NCBI GenBank assembly: GCA_963778655.1
Contig: CAVZVA010000002.1
Span: forward strand, 544,001 to 608,000
Direction of reading: 5' to 3'
Length of the DNA stretch: 64,000 nucleotides
DNA from: an uncultured delta proteobacterium
GTDB lineage: Bacteria; Myxococcota_A; Polyangia; Polyangiales; JAFGIB01
Numbering within the stretch: position 1 is the stretch's first letter; every line of letters begins with the position of its first letter. This document shows positions 22,291 to 39,887 of this stretch, piece by piece. The translations under genes and the position numbers were made by a program. Below the pieces are notes generated by a model, which ran no database searches, was not told the DNA's origin, and saw only the letters and a program-made list of their open reading frames with translations.

Positions 22291-23724
22291 TCACAAGACG
22301 CACAGGTTGCCGAGCGCACCCTTGCAAGCGCCGGCCACGCAGCTGCAAGTCACGCCGAGCAAGCCGCAATTGTTGCCGCAGGTCCCGCAGTCGGCGGTGG
22401 ACGTGCTGAGGTCGACGCACGCCCCGGAGCAACAGCTCAGCCCGTTCGTGCAGGGGCGCCCGCAGGCGCCGCAATCGTCGTCGCTGCTGGCGAGGTCGAC
22501 GCATGCGCCGCGGCAGCAGGTCGCGCCCACCCCGCAGGTCACACCGCAAGCGCCGCAGTTGTTCTCGTCTTGTTGGCTATCCTCGCAGGTCCCGCCGCAG
22601 CACTCGAAACCGGCCGCGCACGAGGCTTCGCACGTGCCGCAGTGGCTCTCGTCGCTGGCGGTGTCGCTGCAGTGGCCGCTGCAGCAGCTCTGGCCGGACG
22701 TGCATCGCGTGTCGCAAGCGCCGCAGTGGGCCGCGTCGTGCTGCAGATCGAAGTCCTCGTCGGTCGTGCCGTCGCAGTCGTCGTCCTTGCCGTCGCACGC
22801 CTCGCGGGCGGCGGGCGCGGGCGTCACGCAGCGGGGCAGCTCGGCGCCCGAGCCCGGACACTGCAGCGTGCCCGTCTGGCACAGACCCTTCTTGGTCGTA
22901 TCGGTGCAGGGGTCGCCGACGCCGGGGACATCGTCGGCCGTGCCATCGCAGTCGTCATCGGCGCCCTGATTCCGGCAGCTCTCGGCCACCGGGACGACGG
23001 CGCCGACGCAAGCGCCGAATCGGCTGCTGGCGTCGCAGGTCTGGACGCCGCTCACGCAGGTACCGACGCCGAGCGTACCCACCGGACCGCTATAGCAGCT
23101 TTGTTTCTGACCTCTCGTACAAGCGCAGTCCTCGTCGAGCTTGCCGTCGCAGTCATCGTCGGTCGCAGTGCCGGAAGTGGTGCAACCGTCCAGGCTGGAG
23201 GGCGTGACCGCGCCGCCGCAGGCTCCGAGCTTGCCGCCGCTGCAGCGCTGCGCTCCGGGCTTGCACGCGCCGGTGCAGCTCCAAGGCTCGCCTGACTGCG
23301 TCGATCCGGTGCAGCCCGCCGTACCGTCCGGATAGCAGGCCGTGTCGCTGTCTTCGTCGATCTTTCCGTCGCAGTCGTTGTCGATCCCATCGCAATGCTC
23401 GGCGGTCGCCTCGGCCTGCGGACAGCGCGGCATCGATGCGGCGCCCGGGCTCAGCGCGGAGGCGGCATCGACACCGGCGTGTCCGGTCGCGCCGGCGTCC
23501 GCACCTGCTCGCTCGCTCAAGCCGCGGCCGGCATCGGCGCCCGCATCGCCGCCTTTGGACAAGCAGAAGCCGTCTTCGCACACCGCGCAAAGCGCGTTGC
23601 AGCCGTGTTTGGGGTTCGCGGAGGGGTCGAAGCTGCATCCCCCCAATGCCTCAGGCGTCGCGATCGACAGCAACATCACGACGGCCGCCTGGACGACCAA
23701 GCGCAGGCCGATTCCCCTCATCAC
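22291..23724 (-). CDS. Secreted Cys-rich protein with MopE-like metal-binding repeats and Stig1-like repeats
   Basis: Signal peptide with LGGC; repeated CDGIDNDCDGKIDE and HCGACxxxC..CC.G.C motifs. Confidence 0.78.
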   Translation of the reverse strand: MMRGIGLRLVVQAAVVMLLSIATPEALGGCSFDPSANPKHGCNALCAVCEDGFCLSKGGDAGADAGRGLSERAGADAGATGHAGVDAASALSPGAASMPRCPQAEATAEHCDGIDNDCDGKIDEDSDTACYPDGTAGCTGSTQSGEPWSCTGACKPGAQRCSGGKLGACGGAVTPSSLDGCTTSGTATDDDCDGKLDEDCACTRGQKQSCYSGPVGTLGVGTCVSGVQTCDASSRFGACVGAVVPVAESCRNQGADDDCDGTADDVPGVGDPCTDTTKKGLCQTGTLQCPGSGAELPRCVTPAPAAREACDGKDDDCDGTTDEDFDLQHDAAHCGACDTRCTSGQSCCSGHCSDTASDESHCGTCEASCAAGFECCGGTCEDSQQDENNCGACGVTCGVGATCCRGACVDLASSDDDCGACGRPCTNGLSCCSGACVDLSTSTADCGTCGNNCGLLGVTCSCVAGACKGALGNLCVL

Positions 23725-23993
23725 GCGGAAAACGTCCGCCCGCGAATGCCGAGCGCAAGCCCCAACATCTCGGTCGCGACGAAGATCACCCTCGCGCCGT
23801 CATGTCACGCCCGCTATCGCTTCGGCTGAATCTAGTGCAGCGTCCGCGAAATGGGATCAATCCTCGCGAGCGCTGCGGGCCCGATCGCGGCGTTGCCACA
23901 GCTTGAAATATACGGAGTATTCCTGCGCTGCGGCGCCTTGCGCTCGGACCCACCTCGCTCACGATCCCTTGATCCCATCTCGCGGACGCTGCA

Positions 23994-25484
23994 CTAATCC
24001 ACCACGCCGTGCAGGTACCAGCGCCTGCGCGGGCGGTCGTAGTAGAGCCAGAGCAGCTTGCCCTTCTGGGTTTCGACGAAGTAGTAGTCGCGCTCGACCG
24101 CGCCGGGGGCCGCCCACCAGCCCGAGCAGATGCGATGCGGGCCGAGCATGCTGGTGACCGCGCCGTGGCGGCCGAGCCAGGCTTCGGGCTCGTGGCTGGG
24201 CAGCGGCGGCAGGGCGAGCGGCGCCGGATACACGCGCCGCACCAGCGGTGGCTCGCCCGCGGCGGTCGCAGGCTGCGGCAGGCGCAGCGCGCGCGTGGGC
24301 TCGAAGCGAAACGCGGCCTCGGGCAGATGCGCGTCGAGCAGGCGCGCGCAGGTCACGGCCTCTGGGCCGAAGGTCGCGCGCAGCCGGGCGATGGCGCGCG
24401 ACGCTGCCTCGAGATCGCGCGGCTTGTCGCCATGTTGGATCGCGAGCTGGCGCGGGTGCACGCGCAGGGGCTCGATCGTCACCACGATGCGCTCGACCCG
24501 CCCCGCAAACGGCTTCGCGCTGCCGGAGCCCAAGCGCAGCCGTAACAGATCGACGAGCTGCGGCACGTCGAGCGTGGGCGCGGCGGGCTCGATCCGCTCG
24601 CGGCGGGCAGGCAGCTTGCGCTCCAGCTCGAGCTCGATGTCCAGCGCAGCGATCGCGTGCTGCTCCGCGCGCAGGCGCTCGGCCGTCCCGTGCAGCGCGG
24701 CCTTGAGCCCGAACAGCAGCCGCGTGCTGTCATCGTCCGGGGGGTCTACCTCGAGCTCCACACGCAGCGGCGCGACAGGCACCCGTGGCAGCAGCGGTGT
24801 CCAGCTCTTGCCGCTGAGGAAGTCGTGCAGCCGCGCCGCCTCCTGGCCGTAGCGAATGCGCAGCGGACCAGGCTCGAGCGCGAGCAGCGCGCCCACGTCG
24901 TGGATCTCGAGCAGCGCGAGCTCGTCGCGCAGCTTGGGCGAGATACCGAGCCGCTCGAGCGCCACGCGTGCGAACAGCGCGCGCTCGCGCTCGGGGTCGC
25001 GCATCACCAGCGGCCCCGTGCGCGTGCACGCCAGGGCGAAGGCGCACGCGCGCCTGGAAGCCACCACCACCGCCGTCACGTAGCGCTCGGCGCGCAGCTT
25101 GTCGTGCACGCGCTCGGCCCAGCGCTCGAGGTTGCCGAACAGCCCGTCCATGCCCTGCGGGTCGAGCCAGAACAGCCCCGGCTGTGCGAGCACCGGCTCC
25201 ACCGCGGGCGAGAACGCGGTGAGCAGCGCGAACAGCGCGTCGACCGCCGCCTCGAGCGCGTGCTCGGGCACCACCTCGGCGTGGAGCTTGGCGCTCAACG
25301 CCTTGGCCTGGGCGAAGCTCGCGCCGCGGCGAATGCGCTGCTCGCGCGCGGGACGATTGCACCACAGGATCGGCGCCAGCGGGCGGTCGTCCTCGACCAC
25401 CACCACCGGGTCGGCGCTCCACTCCGGGTGCGCGCGCAGCAAAAGCTGCAGCGCCAGCGCCGGCGCATCCACACAGGCGATCAC
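23994..25484 (-). CDS. imuB: ImuB, inactive Y-family polymerase of the mutasome
   Basis: GTG start overlaps the imuA stop. IACVDAPALALQ (degenerate Y-family motif I), FSPAVEP, C-terminal GPHRICSGWW..ERDYYFVET..LWLYYDR..WYLHG. Confidence 0.88.
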   Translation of the reverse strand: MIACVDAPALALQLLLRAHPEWSADPVVVVEDDRPLAPILWCNRPAREQRIRRGASFAQAKALSAKLHAEVVPEHALEAAVDALFALLTAFSPAVEPVLAQPGLFWLDPQGMDGLFGNLERWAERVHDKLRAERYVTAVVVASRRACAFALACTRTGPLVMRDPERERALFARVALERLGISPKLRDELALLEIHDVGALLALEPGPLRIRYGQEAARLHDFLSGKSWTPLLPRVPVAPLRVELEVDPPDDDSTRLLFGLKAALHGTAERLRAEQHAIAALDIELELERKLPARRERIEPAAPTLDVPQLVDLLRLRLGSGSAKPFAGRVERIVVTIEPLRVHPRQLAIQHGDKPRDLEAASRAIARLRATFGPEAVTCARLLDAHLPEAAFRFEPTRALRLPQPATAAGEPPLVRRVYPAPLALPPLPSHEPEAWLGRHGAVTSMLGPHRICSGWWAAPGAVERDYYFVETQKGKLLWLYYDRPRRRWYLHGVVD

Positions 25485-26104
25485 AGCAGGCCCCAGGGTC
25501 CTCGCCGGCGCTCCTGCGCGAGCCCGCACAACAGGCCGGACTTGTCCTTGCGCACGGTCGGCTCGATCGCGAACAGCCCGCGCTCGAGGCGAAGGCGGCG
25601 CGGCGCCAGGCACAGGCTGACCAGCGGGCCGAGCGAGGCGCGCGCGCCGGCTTCGTCGCGGCCGTCGCTGAGCAGCAGCACGAAGCTGCCGTGCTCGCGC
25701 GCGAGCCCGAGCAGCCGACCTTGCCAGGCGAGGTCGCGCGGAGGCGGCGCGCCGGTCAGATCGATCACCACCATGCCGAAGCCGCCCGAGCGCAGCAGCA
25801 GCTCGGCGGCCTTGGCCGGCGCGGCCGCGCCGGCGCGCGCAGGCACGTTCACTACCAGCAGCGCGCCGAGATCGACGCCGCTGTCGGCGAGATCGGGCGG
25901 AAAGAGCGAGCCGCCCGCGCGCTGCACCCACGCGCTGGTCTCGCCGCGCGCCTGGGCTCGGCGCAGGCAGGCCACGGCGGTGGTCATCTGCGCGCCCGCG
26001 GGCTCGCCCGCGATCTCGATCAGCCGGCCAGCCGGGAGCTGCTCCGCGAGCGGAACGCTCTGGGGCAAGGGCGGCAGCTTCAACGTCAGGATGGACGCGG
26101 ACAC
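25481..26104 (-). CDS. imuA: ImuA / RecA-like mutasome protein
   Basis: GRLIEIAG, degenerate Walker A, AWV..LFPPDLADSGVDL..LLVV, AAELLLRSGGFGMVVIDL; immediately upstream of imuB. Confidence 0.82.
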   Translation of the reverse strand: MSASILTLKLPPLPQSVPLAEQLPAGRLIEIAGEPAGAQMTTAVACLRRAQARGETSAWVQRAGGSLFPPDLADSGVDLGALLVVNVPARAGAAAPAKAAELLLRSGGFGMVVIDLTGAPPPRDLAWQGRLLGLAREHGSFVLLLSDGRDEAGARASLGPLVSLCLAPRRLRLERGLFAIEPTVRKDKSGLLCGLAQERRRGPWGLL

Positions 26105-26120
26105 GGGTGGGTCAGAATAC

Positions 26121-26136
26121 CTGATCTTATGTTCAG
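26121..26136. promoter_or_regulatory. Putative LexA (SOS) box upstream of imuA
   Basis: CTGATCTTATGTTCAG is a near-palindrome (CTGAAC-N4-GTTCAG, one mismatch) with the myxobacterial GTTCAG half-site. It sits next to a minus-strand -10 TATTCT (26114-26119). Confidence 0.6.
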
Positions 26137-26162
26137 CATCAACGACTCGAGAACAAATAAAC

Positions 26163-26199
26163 AAACCGGATTGACGGTTTATGAGAACCCGTCTATGTT
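26163..26199 (+). promoter_or_regulatory. Sigma70 promoter of the TetR gene with overlapping inverted repeat (candidate TetR operator)
   Basis: TTGACG (26171-26176), 17 nt, TATGTT (26194-26199), 6 nt before GTG. Inverted repeat AAACCG-N6-CGGTTT at 26163-26180. Confidence 0.6.
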
Positions 26200-26205
26200 G
26201 CCTTC

Positions 26206-26841
26206 GTGCTCTCCGAACCCACCTCGACCCCACGCCGCACCCAGAAGGAGCGTCGGGACGGCACGCGGCGCCTGCTGCTGACGGCCACGATCGAAGCGCT
26301 GGTCGAGCTCGGCTACCGCGGTGCGACCACGCTCGAGGTCGAGCGCCGCGCCGGCGTCTCGCGCGGCGCCCGGCTGCACCACTTCCCAACCAAGGCCGCA
26401 CTGCTCGCCGCCGCGGTCGACCACCTCTACAACCAGCTGGGTGACCACTACGAGCAGGCGTTCGGACGCTTTCCCGCGGGCGTCTCCGATGCCGAGCGCT
26501 TCCACTCCGGGCTGCGGCTGCTGTGGTCGATCTACAGGCGCCCCGACTACGTGGCCGCGCTCGAGCTGCAGATGGCGTCGCGCACCGACCACGAGCTGCG
26601 CGAGCACCTGCGCGTGGTCGGCGAACGGCACCGCGAGATCGCGGTCGAGGCCGCGCGGCAGCTCTTCCCGGAGCTCAACGGCGACCAGGCCCGGGCCGTG
26701 ATCGAGGCGGTACACGCCTCGCTGGTCGGCCTGCTGATGCAGCTCGGCGTCAACACGCCCGAAGAAGGCGACTTCGTGGCCGAGCTGGTGCTCGGCTCGC
26801 TCGATCAAGTCATGGCCGCCCACCTGGCATCAAAGCGGTAA
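26206..26841 (+). CDS. TetR/AcrR family transcriptional regulator
   Basis: RRTQKERR..TRRLLLTATIEALVELGYRGATTLEVERRAGVSRGARLHHFPTK helix-turn-helix. Confidence 0.92.
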   Translation: MLSEPTSTPRRTQKERRDGTRRLLLTATIEALVELGYRGATTLEVERRAGVSRGARLHHFPTKAALLAAAVDHLYNQLGDHYEQAFGRFPAGVSDAERFHSGLRLLWSIYRRPDYVAALELQMASRTDHELREHLRVVGERHREIAVEAARQLFPELNGDQARAVIEAVHASLVGLLMQLGVNTPEEGDFVAELVLGSLDQVMAAHLASKR

Positions 26842-26858
26842 CCGAGGAGCACGCGATC

Positions 26859-28037
26859 ATGGTCAAATTCGTAGATGGACCGCCCGCGAACGTGGTGACC
26901 TGGAGCGACTCCGACGACATCGCCGGTCGCCTTTCGCCCGCCGACGTGGAGCAAGTCGCCGAGATCTTCCACACGCCGCTCACCGGCTCCTACGTGTGGA
27001 GCTACCAAGAAGCGGACAAGAAGCTGCGCAAGCTCTACCGCCTGGGCAAGGAGCGCAACTGGAACGCGGACCTCGACATCGACTGGAACCGCACCCATCC
27101 GCGCAGCGCCTCGCCCATGATCGAAGGCGGCGAGAACCCCTACGCGAGCTGGGATTCGTTCCTCGCGCTCGACGAGGAGGAGAGAAACGAGTTCGCCTGG
27201 CACAACCACGCCTGGACCATGTCGCAGTTCCTGCACGGCGAGCAGGGCGCGCTGTTGGTGGCCTCGCAGCTGGTGAGCTGCGCGCCGACCTATGACGGCA
27301 AGCTCTACGCGGCCTCGCAGACCTTCGACGAGGCGCGCCACGTCGAGGTATTCGGGCGCTATCTGCACGAGAAGGTCGGCATCGTCTACCCGGTCAACCG
27401 CCACCTCAAGGCGCTGCTCGACAAGATCCTCACCGACCCGCGCTGGGACCTGAAGTTCATCGGCATGCAGCTGATCATCGAGTCGCTGGCGCTGGCAGCG
27501 TTCCACGTGCAGAAGGCGATGGCGGCCGACCCGCTGCTGGTCGACATCCTCGAGCTGGTGACGCGCGATGAGGCGCGCCACGTCGCATTCGGCGTCGCCT
27601 ACATGGAACAGTTCGTGAAGTCGCTGAGCGCTCCGGAGATCGAGGATCGCGCGCAATTCGCGGTCGAGGCCTGCCGCGTGATGCGCGAGCGCATCGTGCC
27701 CAGCGACGTGTTCGAGCACTACGGCTTCGACCCCGGCGAAGGCCGGCGGCTGTTTCTAGCCGCCGGACAGATGGACTCGTTCCGCAATCTGCTGTTCACC
27801 CGCATCATGCCGAACCTGAACAAGGTGGGTCTGTTGACCGAGTCGGTTCGCCCCGCCTACGAGGAGCTCGGGCTGATGCAGTTCGCCGGGTTGCCGGGCG
27901 ACGCCGAGATCGACTGGGCCGAGCTCAGCAAGCCGTTGCCCGACTACGCGCAGCGCGCCCCGACCAGCGGCTTCTTCGCCCCGCAGACCTCGGCCGTCGC
28001 AAGCGAGCCCCCGGCACGCGCCGCCAACGATCGCTGA
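26859..28037 (+). CDS. Ferritin-like diiron protein (AurF-like oxygenase family)
   Basis: RBS GAGGAG upstream; EQGAL..DEARHVEVF and ESLAL..DEARHVAFG diiron motifs. Confidence 0.85.
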   Translation: MVKFVDGPPANVVTWSDSDDIAGRLSPADVEQVAEIFHTPLTGSYVWSYQEADKKLRKLYRLGKERNWNADLDIDWNRTHPRSASPMIEGGENPYASWDSFLALDEEERNEFAWHNHAWTMSQFLHGEQGALLVASQLVSCAPTYDGKLYAASQTFDEARHVEVFGRYLHEKVGIVYPVNRHLKALLDKILTDPRWDLKFIGMQLIIESLALAAFHVQKAMAADPLLVDILELVTRDEARHVAFGVAYMEQFVKSLSAPEIEDRAQFAVEACRVMRERIVPSDVFEHYGFDPGEGRRLFLAAGQMDSFRNLLFTRIMPNLNKVGLLTESVRPAYEELGLMQFAGLPGDAEIDWAELSKPLPDYAQRAPTSGFFAPQTSAVASEPPARAANDR

Positions 28038-28540
28038 CGCCTCGGCCCTGCCAAGCTCGGCGGCGCTCGATTCGACGAGCCGCCGTCCTAGCAGGCTGCG
28101 GAAGAACCCGCTCAAGGCGCCTTTCGAGCGATCTGGGCCCGGCTGCGGCGTTGCGAGCCCTCGAAATACGGCGAGTATTCCATCGGTCTCGCGCCTTGCA
28201 TCCGGACCCACCTCACTCGAGATGCACTCCCTCGGAGTTCTTCCGCAGCCTGCTAGGCCGTGCGGCACGGCGACTGGGTGCACATCCGTGACGGCATGAT
28301 CGAGCGCCACGTGCGCGCGCGCATGGCTGCAACGCCAGGTGGGGCGGCGTCGGACAACCACGCCCGCGTCCTTACCGCAGGCGACCGCTGCGCGCCTGCC
28401 TGCATTGAAAGCGTTGTTTGCGCCGCGCGCCCTCGTTACAATTTTCGTGCTTGTCTTCGCGTCCCATGATGATGGCGCGCTCGCTCGAGCGCTCTGCTGG
28501 ACGAGAAGCCTCCACCACTCTTCGTCCCGGAGATCTGCTG

Positions 28541-34973
<6,433 letters not shown>

Positions 34974-34975
<2 letters not shown>

Positions 34976-35025
34976 ATCAGAGCTCGCGATTCGGGATCGA
35001 ATCACAAACTCTGATTTCTGCTTTG
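34974..35025 (+). terminator. Candidate terminator hairpin after the Cys-rich gene
   Basis: AAATCAGAG..GATTCG / CGAATC..CTCTGATTT inverted repeat followed by CTGCTTT. Confidence 0.45.
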
Positions 35026-35262
35026 ATTGTCAGGGAGTCGCGCCGACTCCCTTGTGCGCGAGCCAAAGCCTCGCGACTCGTGATCGGTCATTTGGCACAA
35101 GGGTTCGCAAGTCCCGCTTACATGTGCAACGCAACGCATCCCGCACCCACATCCTCCCGCAAAAATGCGACCTGCCCGGCTTCCGCATGCAGCCGCGACG
35201 GGGCTCGGGCCATACAGTAGAAAGGGATACTGACAGGCTTCGCTTGCGGGACGATTGGTGCA

Positions 35263-36831
<1,569 letters not shown>

Positions 36832-36859
36832 TCGGACCCCCCCGCTTTGGATCGATGCG

Positions 36860-37714
36860 ATGAAGCTCGCTGTTGACTCGCGTACGGCTGCGCGCGTGCG
36901 CCGGCTGGCGTGGTGCCTGTGCGCGCTGCTCGCGCTGAGCGCGTCCGGCCGTGCCCTCGCGCAAGCCGGTGAGAGCGAGGCAACCCGCGCAGCCTCGGCG
37001 CGCGCGCTGTTCGACGACGGCGTCAAGCTCGCCGATCAAGGGCAGTGGAAGGGCGCGGCTGATCGCTTCGGGCGCGCGCTCGCGCTGCACGACTCGCCGG
37101 TCATCGCCTACAACCTCGCCAGCGCATTGCAGGAGCTCGGACGTCTGGTCGAGGCCTCCGAGCTGCTGCGCCGCGTGCAGGCGCACCCGGAGGCGGACGC
37201 GGATCTGCACAAGTCCGCGCAGTCCGCGCTCGCCGCGATCGAGCCACGCCTCGCGCGCATCACGCTCCACGCGCAGGGCCGAAAGCCCGACGATGTCATC
37301 GCGATCGACGGCCGCACGCTGCTCGCGGCGCAGCTCGACGTGGCGATCCCGATCGACCCCGGCTCGCACGTGGCCAGCGCCAAGCGCGGCGGCCAGCTCT
37401 TGGACAGACAGCCCTTCGAGCTCGCCGACGGAGGCTCGAGCGAGCTCAGCTTGCAGCTGACAAGCGCGCCCTCGCCCGAACAGGTCGCCGCAGCCGCGCC
37501 CAAGCCCACGCCGGCCGCGTCCAGCGCTCCGGCGCAGGAGCGCGCGCGCGACCGGCCGCTGACCGCGCAGTGGCCGTTCTGGGCGGCGGTCGGGGCGGTC
37601 GCCGCCGGCGCGGTGGTGACCACCGTGCTGCTGGCCGGCGGTGGCTCGAGCAAGCCAACGCCGGCGGCGGGCGACTTCATGCCTCCGGTCATCCACGTGG
37701 AGGTCGCACGATGA
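36860..37714 (+). CDS. Exported TPR/PEGA-like protein with C-terminal TM helix
   Basis: Signal peptide; ARALFDDGVKL..YNLASAL.ELGRLVEA TPR; IDPGSH beta domain; WPFWAAVGAVAAGAVV TM. Confidence 0.8.
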   Translation: MKLAVDSRTAARVRRLAWCLCALLALSASGRALAQAGESEATRAASARALFDDGVKLADQGQWKGAADRFGRALALHDSPVIAYNLASALQELGRLVEASELLRRVQAHPEADADLHKSAQSALAAIEPRLARITLHAQGRKPDDVIAIDGRTLLAAQLDVAIPIDPGSHVASAKRGGQLLDRQPFELADGGSSELSLQLTSAPSPEQVAAAAPKPTPAASSAPAQERARDRPLTAQWPFWAAVGAVAAGAVVTTVLLAGGGSSKPTPAAGDFMPPVIHVEVAR

Positions 37715-39843
37715 CAGCGCGCGCGGCCGGCACGCTGTGGGCGCTCGCGCTGGCCACGGCGCTTTCGGGTTGCGCGAGCAAGGCCGCCCCGCTGACCCAG
37801 CTCTCGGTGCGCGTGGACAGCGATCTCGATGTGCCGGCCGAGATCGATCGGGTGAAGATCGCGGTAACCGGCCTCACCGCCGGCCAATCGTCCTCCGCGG
37901 ACCTGCTCCAGCAAGGCTTCCCGCGCAAGCTCACCCTCGTGCACGACGGCGGACCGCTGGGACCGATCACGGTCACCGCGAGCGGCTGGCTTGGCGGCAC
38001 CAAGGTGGTCGAGCAGGCAGCGCGCGCGTCGTTCGTGCAGAACAAGACCAGCCAGCTCTCGATCCGTCTGGACCGGGCGTGCTTGAGCCGGTTCTGTGAT
38101 TCTGGACAGACCTGCAAGCAGGGGAGCTGCAGCCCAATCAGCGGCGGCAACCTCAATGGCGCTGGCGACGCCGGCATGGACGCCGGCGCCGACGGCGGCA
38201 GCGACGCCGCGACAGGCCCGGACGACGGTGGCACGGATGCCGCGCCCGCGGATGCGGCCCCGGCCGATGGCGGCGGCGACGCCGGCGGCAGCGACGGCGG
38301 CACCGACGCCGGCGGGTCGACCAACCTCGCGCCGATCTGCCGCATCAGCCGGCCCAGCAGCGGCCAGAAGCTGATCGCGGGCACCAGCGTGCAGCTGCGC
38401 GGCAGCTGCAGCGACCCCGAGAGCGGCGCGCTGAGCAGCGGCCTTCAGTGGAGCAGCAACCTGGACGGCGCTCTGGGCAGCGGCGCGCAACGCAGCGTGC
38501 CCTCGCTGAGCGCCGGCACCCACATCCTCAAGCTGTGCGCGACCGACCCGCAGGACTCGACCCTCAAAGGCTGCGCCAGCGTCACGGTGATGGTCGGCTT
38601 GCCGCCGCCGCCGACCGCGAGCATCACCTCCGTCACCCAGAACAACTCGGACACCCAGCCGTTCTCGACCGACACACCGATCGACTTCGCGGGCGCGGGC
38701 AGCGGCCAAGGGGTCACCCTATCCTGGCTCGACAGCATCGCCGGCGCCTTCGGCAACGGAAGCGGTCCGGCGCTGGACGCGCCCGAGCTGGGCAAGCACC
38801 GCGTGACGCTGACCGTGCGCGACAACGCGGGCCAAAGCGCCACCGACTTCGTCACCTTCGTCGTGCTCGGCTCCGGTCAGAGCCAGCTCATCTCGCCCTT
38901 CAGCAGCGTCAACACCACGATCAACTCTGCGGCCGTGAACGCGGTCGCGGCCGACTCCGCCAATCAGGTGTTGATCGGCGACCCCACCCCGCAGGTGGAC
39001 CGCTTCGACGGCGGACACGCGACCAGCGGCGCGAGCGCCGCCATCGACAGCAGCAATCTCCTGGGCGACGTGCTCGCGCTACTGCCCTGGGAGCCGAGCA
39101 TCGGAACCGGTCTGATCTACGCGGGCACCTCGGGCGGCCTGAGCGTGTGCAACTACACGGCGGGCGCGACCATCGACACCACCACCTGCAAGACCTATCA
39201 CAACGGCATGTTCCCGGATAACCAGGTCAACGCGGTCGCGCGCGTGAGCGGAACACTCGATCACCTGGTGCTGGGCACCAACAAGGGCGTGTTCGTGCCC
39301 ACCCTGGCCGTAGGCAGCAACAACGGCACGGTGGTGCTCGATGGCGAGGAGATCGCAGGCTTGGCGGCGAGCGGCTCGGCGGCGTGGATCGCGAGCGGCA
39401 GCAGCGGGCTCGATCGCTACGATCCGACGGCACGCATGCTCTCGCACCGCGACGGCGGACCCTCGCAGCAGCTGACCGCGCTGGCCGTGGGTGGTAACGA
39501 CACGGTCTGGGTCGGGTCGAACGACGGGATCGGGCGCTACGAGCCGAGCCCCGATCGCTGGACGCTCTGGCAAGCCGGCGATGCGCCTGCGCCCGGGCTG
39601 GCGAGCGACAGCGTGCGGGCGATCGCGGTCAGCCAGGTGACGGTGGGCACCCAGAGCCACGAGGTGATCTGGATCGGCACCGACGCGGGCGTGAGCCGCT
39701 TCGACCCCTCGGTCCCGTCGTTCACGACGCTGAGCACCAGCGACGGCCTGCCCAGCGACGACGTGCGCGCGATCGCGGTGTTGCCGAACGGCTCCAAGGT
39801 GCTCGGCACTGCTGCGGGCGTCGCGCTGTACACCGGGCCGTAG
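37711..39843 (+). CDS. Lipoprotein with PKD/Ig-like domains and two-component-regulator-type beta-propeller
   Basis: ATGA overlap; lipobox LSGC; DPESGAL..WSSNLDGALGSG; propeller repeats WIGTDAGVSRFD and GLPSDDVRAIA. Confidence 0.75.
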   Translation: MTARAAGTLWALALATALSGCASKAAPLTQLSVRVDSDLDVPAEIDRVKIAVTGLTAGQSSSADLLQQGFPRKLTLVHDGGPLGPITVTASGWLGGTKVVEQAARASFVQNKTSQLSIRLDRACLSRFCDSGQTCKQGSCSPISGGNLNGAGDAGMDAGADGGSDAATGPDDGGTDAAPADAAPADGGGDAGGSDGGTDAGGSTNLAPICRISRPSSGQKLIAGTSVQLRGSCSDPESGALSSGLQWSSNLDGALGSGAQRSVPSLSAGTHILKLCATDPQDSTLKGCASVTVMVGLPPPPTASITSVTQNNSDTQPFSTDTPIDFAGAGSGQGVTLSWLDSIAGAFGNGSGPALDAPELGKHRVTLTVRDNAGQSATDFVTFVVLGSGQSQLISPFSSVNTTINSAAVNAVAADSANQVLIGDPTPQVDRFDGGHATSGASAAIDSSNLLGDVLALLPWEPSIGTGLIYAGTSGGLSVCNYTAGATIDTTTCKTYHNGMFPDNQVNAVARVSGTLDHLVLGTNKGVFVPTLAVGSNNGTVVLDGEEIAGLAASGSAAWIASGSSGLDRYDPTARMLSHRDGGPSQQLTALAVGGNDTVWVGSNDGIGRYEPSPDRWTLWQAGDAPAPGLASDSVRAIAVSQVTVGTQSHEVIWIGTDAGVSRFDPSVPSFTTLSTSDGLPSDDVRAIAVLPNGSKVLGTAAGVALYTGP

Positions 39844-39887
39844 AAGCGCACGTGCGGGGCGGGTACGAGCACGCGTAGATCGAGGTA

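Noticed and set aside
13333..23993. Prophage or integrative element between dnaE2 and imuB
   Set aside because: No integrase, transposase, phage gene or evident att repeats; the genes look host-like.
25485..26401. Long N-terminal extensions of imuB (to 25931) and imuA (to 26401) in the ORF track
   Set aside because: They overlap neighbouring genes; the GTGA coupling and promoter position support starts at 25484 and 26104.
28040..28540. Small gene or ncRNA in the 500 bp gap before the OmpA-family gene
   Set aside because: No convincing RBS-linked ORF, domain or recognisable RNA motif; treated as a regulatory region.
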